NCBI GenBank assembly: GCA_000165425.1
Contig: CT868418.1
Span: 434,001-465,594, forward strand
Direction of reading: 5' to 3'
DNA: 31,594 bases
From: Paramecium tetraurelia
Taxonomy: Eukaryota
Within the stretch, counting starts at the first letter, position 1. Each line of letters starts with the position of its first letter. A model generated the notes under the pieces. The model was not told the origin of the DNA. It was given only the letters and a program-made list of their open reading frames with translations, and made no database searches. Positions 26,201-31,594 of this stretch are shown piece by piece. The position numbers and the translations under genes were made by a program.

Positions 26201-27790
26201 TATGGAGGCTATTCTTGTTAGATTTTGATCATACTTTATTAGAGCAGATTAAAGTGTAATTGTTGCTTGTATTTAAAAATAGGTCTTGTGATGTTAACTT
26301 TTAGGAAAGAAGGTGTCATATTTACTACAGGCTGTACTTGCATGAGCATCTTATAAGTGCGTTCCTTTATCTTTCTTATATGAGATTTTCAAATATTCTG
26401 TAAGAAGAATAGCCCATCTACACGTCTAATATCTTTACATATGTTAGTGAATGTTATTATTCTTCTAATTCTTGTGCCGTATTAATTTAAAATTTTATCA
26501 ATTCTTATTTATATTGATGGGTTCCGCCTGAATGCAATTATGTGCTACAATAGAAGGAGATTAAACTCTGATATGGTCGAACTTTTATCTAAAATTCATT
26601 ATGATGCAAACCTGTTTGATGGAAATTTAAAAAAATGTATTATAGCCTTTGTTAATAATGGAATACTCTTTTTCAACCATCGTCTCTACAGAGCAATAGG
26701 TTGTTCAAGTGCCTTTTATTGTTGTACTAATTCGATAATCCATATCTTATTAATTTATGCACTATTAAATTGGGGAGCGATTGGAACTTATTCTGAAAAT
26801 TTTATAGTTCAAAAATTGATTACTCCTCTTAAACTGTATCATTGTGTATTGTGATAAAAAACTCTAAATCTGAGGTAAAATTAAAGAGGATTTCATGATG
26901 GCGCTTTGCAGCTTCTTGTAAGAAGTCTCCGTAATACTCAATCATCTAGAAACAGTCGAAAGGTTGTAATTTTGCATTTGTGCCTTGCTAGCTGCTATTG
27001 GGTTTCTTATATTAAATAGAAATAACTGTTCAACCTAATACACTCTGTATTATTTTCTGCCAGTAATGTTAATGAGAAGGATATAACACTATGTTAGTGT
27101 TATTCAACTTGAAATGCTCTACCATTTATAAAATGTAAAACTCCATGTTTAACATACGGCTGAAATATTAGGCTATATTATAAACATTGCTATATACCTC
27201 CGAAAATTCTACAAATTATACTACATTTTTGACTGCAGAGACGCAGTTACATGTGATTCTTGTGCTTTTATTGCAATTACAAACAAACTTGCAGTCTAAA
27301 CATAAAAACCACATCTCATATATTTTTTGCAAATTAAGCAAAGTTTACTATACATAAAAATAGTTATGTTTTGCCTCACCTCAACTTTAAATTGTATTTC
27401 TTGCTTTATTGGATGCCCCTGAGATTGCAAACTTATTTCTGAGTTTCAATATTCGGTCATTATAATAAATTTTCAGCATGTTAACTACCTTGACAATAGT
27501 CATGCTATCTCTATTTGTACAGTTCCCATACTCCATCAATATTATTAGAGTTTATCTGATACTTGAAGTATTCTTCTGGTAATTCTTCTACTTAGATTCC
27601 GCATTGATGCATTCCTAACCTAATTCTGACAGTCTTGTAATGATTGTCTCTATTTACTTGTAAAAATTTTAATTCTTCACTTGAACTGCACCAAATATTC
27701 CTCACCGTATTGTCTCAAGATCATATTTATCATCCCTCTCGTGAGAGTGCGTTTCTGGGCCTAACTCCTGAATCTAATACATTAATTCGA
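20250..27790 (-). pseudogene. Heavily decayed relic of a very large multidomain protein with RING/IBR-like Cys clusters
   Basis: Visibly higher GC than the flanks and a purine-rich minus strand. Short protein-like fragments are broken by TGA and frameshifts: 'LCLICKKY..DCKFVCNC' (~27270-27345), 'VLCNYCQQV..VCFSLACK' (~23790-23885), 'ILCKHCQQ..LNCGSCNIKF' (~22410-22520), 'ECQL..FYCL..DVSLYTYIKCA*C' (~21395-21525). Boundaries are approximate and it may be more than one gene. Confidence 0.5.
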
Positions 27791-29090
27791 GCATATATGA
27801 TTAATAGAATGATGATTTAATAACGTCTACTATAATTAAAATGATGATTGCATCAATGATTTAAATAAGGGTGTTAACCTTTAATAAGATCTATTCCTTT
27901 TAGGTTTTTTTATAAATGCAGAAGCATTTGATAAAATTTTAGTAGCTCTTCAGAATTGTTATTTTAATAAGAATGGGTAATTTTATTCTACAAATCACTC
28001 ATTAATTAATCAAGATAGAAGTGTGTATTAATGCAATAAATGCGATATGGATGGTTGCTTATAATAGGTAATCAAATGATTTACTAGTAGTTATGAATAA
28101 TTTGTAGCGAAAGAATCAAAATAAGTTTATAGGTTACAAAATTAATATTACCTAATCTAAAAAATTTAGTCTTTTAAAATTAAGATGATAAACATACAAT
28201 AATGCAATGATTAATTGAAAAATATTAATTTTGCTTTTTAATATAAATTAAACACTATGTTTTCAAACTTCGCCTCAAAACATTAACTGCACATTTGATT
28301 AAAATTGAAATCTTGAAAATTATTAGGAAAATGAATCTCTTAAGTATTTAATTCTAGTTTAATAGCTTTATTTCAACAACGCTCCCCATAATTTCCATAA
28401 ATGGAATTCTCCTCCATTCAAATCTTGATAAAAAGAAACCAGTTGTCAATTTACATCTATCATTAAATCGTATTGACAAGTTAGTTAAATATAGGTGTAA
28501 CGAAAGATCATGTATAATTTTACATCCCCAAATGGAAAACTATGATAAATAATAATTTTAGTCAGATATTTTGATTTAAAACAAAAAAGAAGCGAACTTG
28601 ATCTGACAATCAGTTTTAGATGGCTAATTATTTACTTTATAGAATCATTCGGTTTTGTTAATTTTAGCCTAAATGGTAAATTTGATTTTTTTAGAGCAAT
28701 TCCTTATGTTTATTCAATTTGTATTTATTTTATCGTAGGCAATATAAAAAGATTAAGCATCCTATGTGATTAACTTATAAAAGTATTCAACAATATAAAG
28801 TAATAAAGGAATGCGCTTTAATATTAACAAGAGCTTTTTCTATTTTTGCAATTTTCTAAATGCTGCAAGACTGATTGATAAAAAGCTCTCATAACAATTT
28901 TTCATCTCAAACAAGACTATCTATCTTAAATATATAAAACTCAATTTTTTAATGTTTTATCCTCAGTTGTTTCAATTATCTATCCTTTACAAAATTTGAT
29001 TATTTTCTCTGATTCTTTCTCATAATATTCAAATCTTATCAATGAAAACAAATAAAATATTAAATTTTTAAATATTAATATTAATAAAAG

Positions 29091-31594
29091 ATGATAGAGA
29101 ATGATAACATTTTTTAAATTAAAGTTAATATACGGGATTAGTTTTAACAATTTGCCTTGAATCTTAGATCATTTTTATAGGTGTAGAAATATCAAATAAT
29201 ATAATTATTTAAAAGAGAGGAAAGAAATTTATTGATAGGGAAACAAAATAGAAAGTATGTTAACAGGTACTCAGCAATTAAAAAAGTTAGAGAAAAATTA
29301 AGGTAATTCAAAAATATTGGTAAGAATTTGTTGGGTAACCTTTAGCAATACCTCTAGGAGATATAAATCTTTTAGAAGTAGCCTTAACATCTACGGTAGA
29401 TTCGATTGAAAACTTTCAAGATTAAAAATTCAAGTCATAATAAAGTAAAATTAAATGTAAATTTTCTCAGCTTTAGCTTTAATATAATCTAATCAGTTTG
29501 ATAAAGCCTCTAAATTGCTTGATTATGCAATTTAATAAAACCCATAAGATTCTAGTTATTTGTTTTGCAAAGGTAAAAAAGGATCAATAATTTTAGCGTT
29601 AACCTTAAATTTGATGGNNNNNNNNNNNNNNNNNNNNNNNNNNNNNNNNNNNNNNNNNNNNNNNNNNNNNNNNNNNNNNNNNNNNNNNNNNNNNNNNNNN
29701 NNNNNNNNNNNNNNNNNNNNNNNNNNNNNNNNNNNNNNNNNNNNNNNNNNNNNNNNNNNNNNNNNNNATTTATTATGATTATGCAATATAGAAAAACTCA
29801 GAGGATTCAAAATATTACTTTAAGAAAGGTAGAGCCTTATTTTTAATTATTTTCAGCAATTACTTTATAAAAGATAAATCGTTTAAATGAATCATTAACC
29901 TAGCTTGATTTTGCGATTTTGAGAAATCCTGAGGAGTCAGATTATTATTTTATAAAAGGTAGAAATATTTATTTTACATTAAATTAGCAACTATATTATA
30001 AAGGGAAAATCGATTTGTGGAAGCATTAACATATTATGATTATGCAATTTCGAAAAACTCTGAAAATTCAGAATACTTCTGTTAAAAAGGTAAATAAAAG
30101 TTTTCTTAATTTTTCAGCTTTTGTTCTAATGTAGTTGAATAATTTTGAGGAGGCCTCATACTAGTTGGATATCTCAATCTCGAAAAACCCAAAAAATTCA
30201 CAATACTACTATAATAAAGGTAAATGCACATATATTATTTACCAGCAAATGTATTACAAAAATTGAATTGTTTTGAGGAGGCATTAAAATATTTTGAATA
30301 CGCAATTTAGATAAATCCAGATAATCCAGAATATTATTCTGAAAAAGGTAAATAAAACTTAATTTCTCAGCTATGCTGTTAATATAAATGGATAAATTGG
30401 AAGAAGCATTGAAATAAATTGATTCTGCTATTAAGAATGCCCCAGATAATTCAAATCACTATTTTAGAAAAGGTAAAAAATAATTCTATATCATTCAGCT
30501 ACTGTGTTAGATATGATGAATCGTTTAGAAGAAGCTTTAGAAAATTTTGATGTTGCAATCCAAAAAAATCCAGAAAATGCAGAAAATTACACAATCAAAG
30601 GTAAAATGAAAACCATGAATCTATAGCATTAACACTACAAAAAATGAATCGATTTGAGGAAGCTTTAAAATTTATTGAGAATTCAATTTAGATTGATTCA
30701 GGGAATTCATAATATTATTTTTAAAAAGGTAAGGTTTATATGATTTATGCTCAGCTTTCACATTACAAAAAATGAATCGTTTAGAAGAGGCCTTAGAATT
30801 TTATGATTTTGCAATCATGCAAAACCCCGAGGATGCAGTAAATTACTCATCAAAAGGTAATTAAAATAAATTTTAGCTCTTAAGCTTAAGCATTACAATA
30901 AATGAATCGTTTTGAAGATGCTTTAATATTCCACAATTAGGCAATATAAATAAACCCTGAAAATGCAGCATATTACTCAAGCAAAGGTAAATACAATACA
31001 ATCTAACACATCAGCTTTAACACTACAAAAAATGAATCGTTAAAAAGAAGCACAAGATTGTATTGAACATTCAATTTAGAAAAATCCAAAAATTAAGAAC
31101 AATAAATATTTTAAGGTAAAATTTGATCCATTTTTCAGTCTTTACTTAATAAAATATATAATCAGGTGATATGCAGTAAATATAAACAATGAATGCAGCA
31201 TTCGGTCTATTTGGCTCAATAATGTAGAAATTTCCAGAAAGTCCAGAATTTTACATATTCCAAGGTTATTTTTCAAATTTACAAATTAAATAGGCGTTAC
31301 GTTATAATCGATGAATCTTTTAGAAGAAGCCTTAAAATGTTATGAATAAGCAATTGAAAAAAACCCAGAAAAATCGCATGCCTATTTCTTAAAAGGTCAA
31401 TATAATATTTTTTATTTGTTCAGCCATTGCATTACAAAAAATGAATCATTTAGATTAAGCATTAATATATTATAGTTCTGCAATACAGCGTGACCCAGAT
31501 GAATCAGAATATTATTCTTGCAAAGGTATAAAACTGTTCCATATTTACTAGGTGCTGCATTAATGTTAAAGGAAAATTTTGAGGAAGCTGGGTT
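29091..31594 (+). CDS. Tetratricopeptide-repeat (TPR) protein with one repeat per exon; runs off the window; start uncertain; one apparent frameshift
   Basis: 34-aa units such as A-TVLDMMNRLEEALENFDVAIQKNPENAENYTIK. 102-nt exons at 29471-29572, 29857-29958, 29988-30089, 30118-30219, 30246-30347, 30371-30472, 30499-30600, 30627-30728, 30755-30856, 30885-30986, 31294-31395 and 31424-31525, separated by 23-29 nt GT..AG introns. Confidence 0.9.
29471..31594 (+). repeat. Imperfect tandem array with a ~125-131 nt period (102-nt TPR exon plus small intron)
   Basis: AAAG|GT donors and 'atgaatcg..ttagaagaagc' cores recur at ~128-nt spacing. Confidence 0.9.
29618..29767. other. Assembly gap (150 N) inside the TPR array
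   Basis: Run of N. Confidence 1.

Noticed and set aside
20250..27790. Non-LTR retrotransposon or DNA transposon interpretation of the GC-richer block
   Set aside because: I saw no RT (YADD/QG), endonuclease or DDE motifs, terminal repeats or poly-A tail.
27800..29050. Possible genes upstream of the TPR array
   Set aside because: Only short fragments interrupted by TGA, with no supportable model.
29556..29810. ORFs spanning the N run
   Set aside because: Artefacts of the assembly gap.
29471..31594. CRISPR-like repeat/spacer reading of the periodic array
   Set aside because: The units are divergent coding exons, and the short variable parts are GT..AG introns in a eukaryotic gene.

Overview
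Very AT-rich eukaryotic DNA from a ciliate, most likely a Paramecium macronuclear scaffold. Genes read through TAA/TAG as Gln (translation table 6, TGA the only stop) and are split by tiny 22-29 nt GT..AG introns, so the supplied ORF track is largely artefactual. Positions 1-14152 are gene-dense: a CNBD-type K+ channel, the tRNA-Gln(TTA) that implements the variant code, a Ser/Thr kinase, an AIG1/FAR-17a-like membrane protein, a small 4-TM protein, an eIF4E, a long coiled-coil protein, an LMBRD1-like protein and an unknown gene. Positions ~14200-29000 look like a decay zone: a PTB/hnRNP-L-like pseudogene and a ~7.5 kb shattered Cys-rich relic, with two intact genes inside. The window ends in a TPR gene built one repeat per 102-nt exon with phase-1 introns, with a 150-N gap and one frameshifted unit. 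All translations and family calls are manual; no searches were run.
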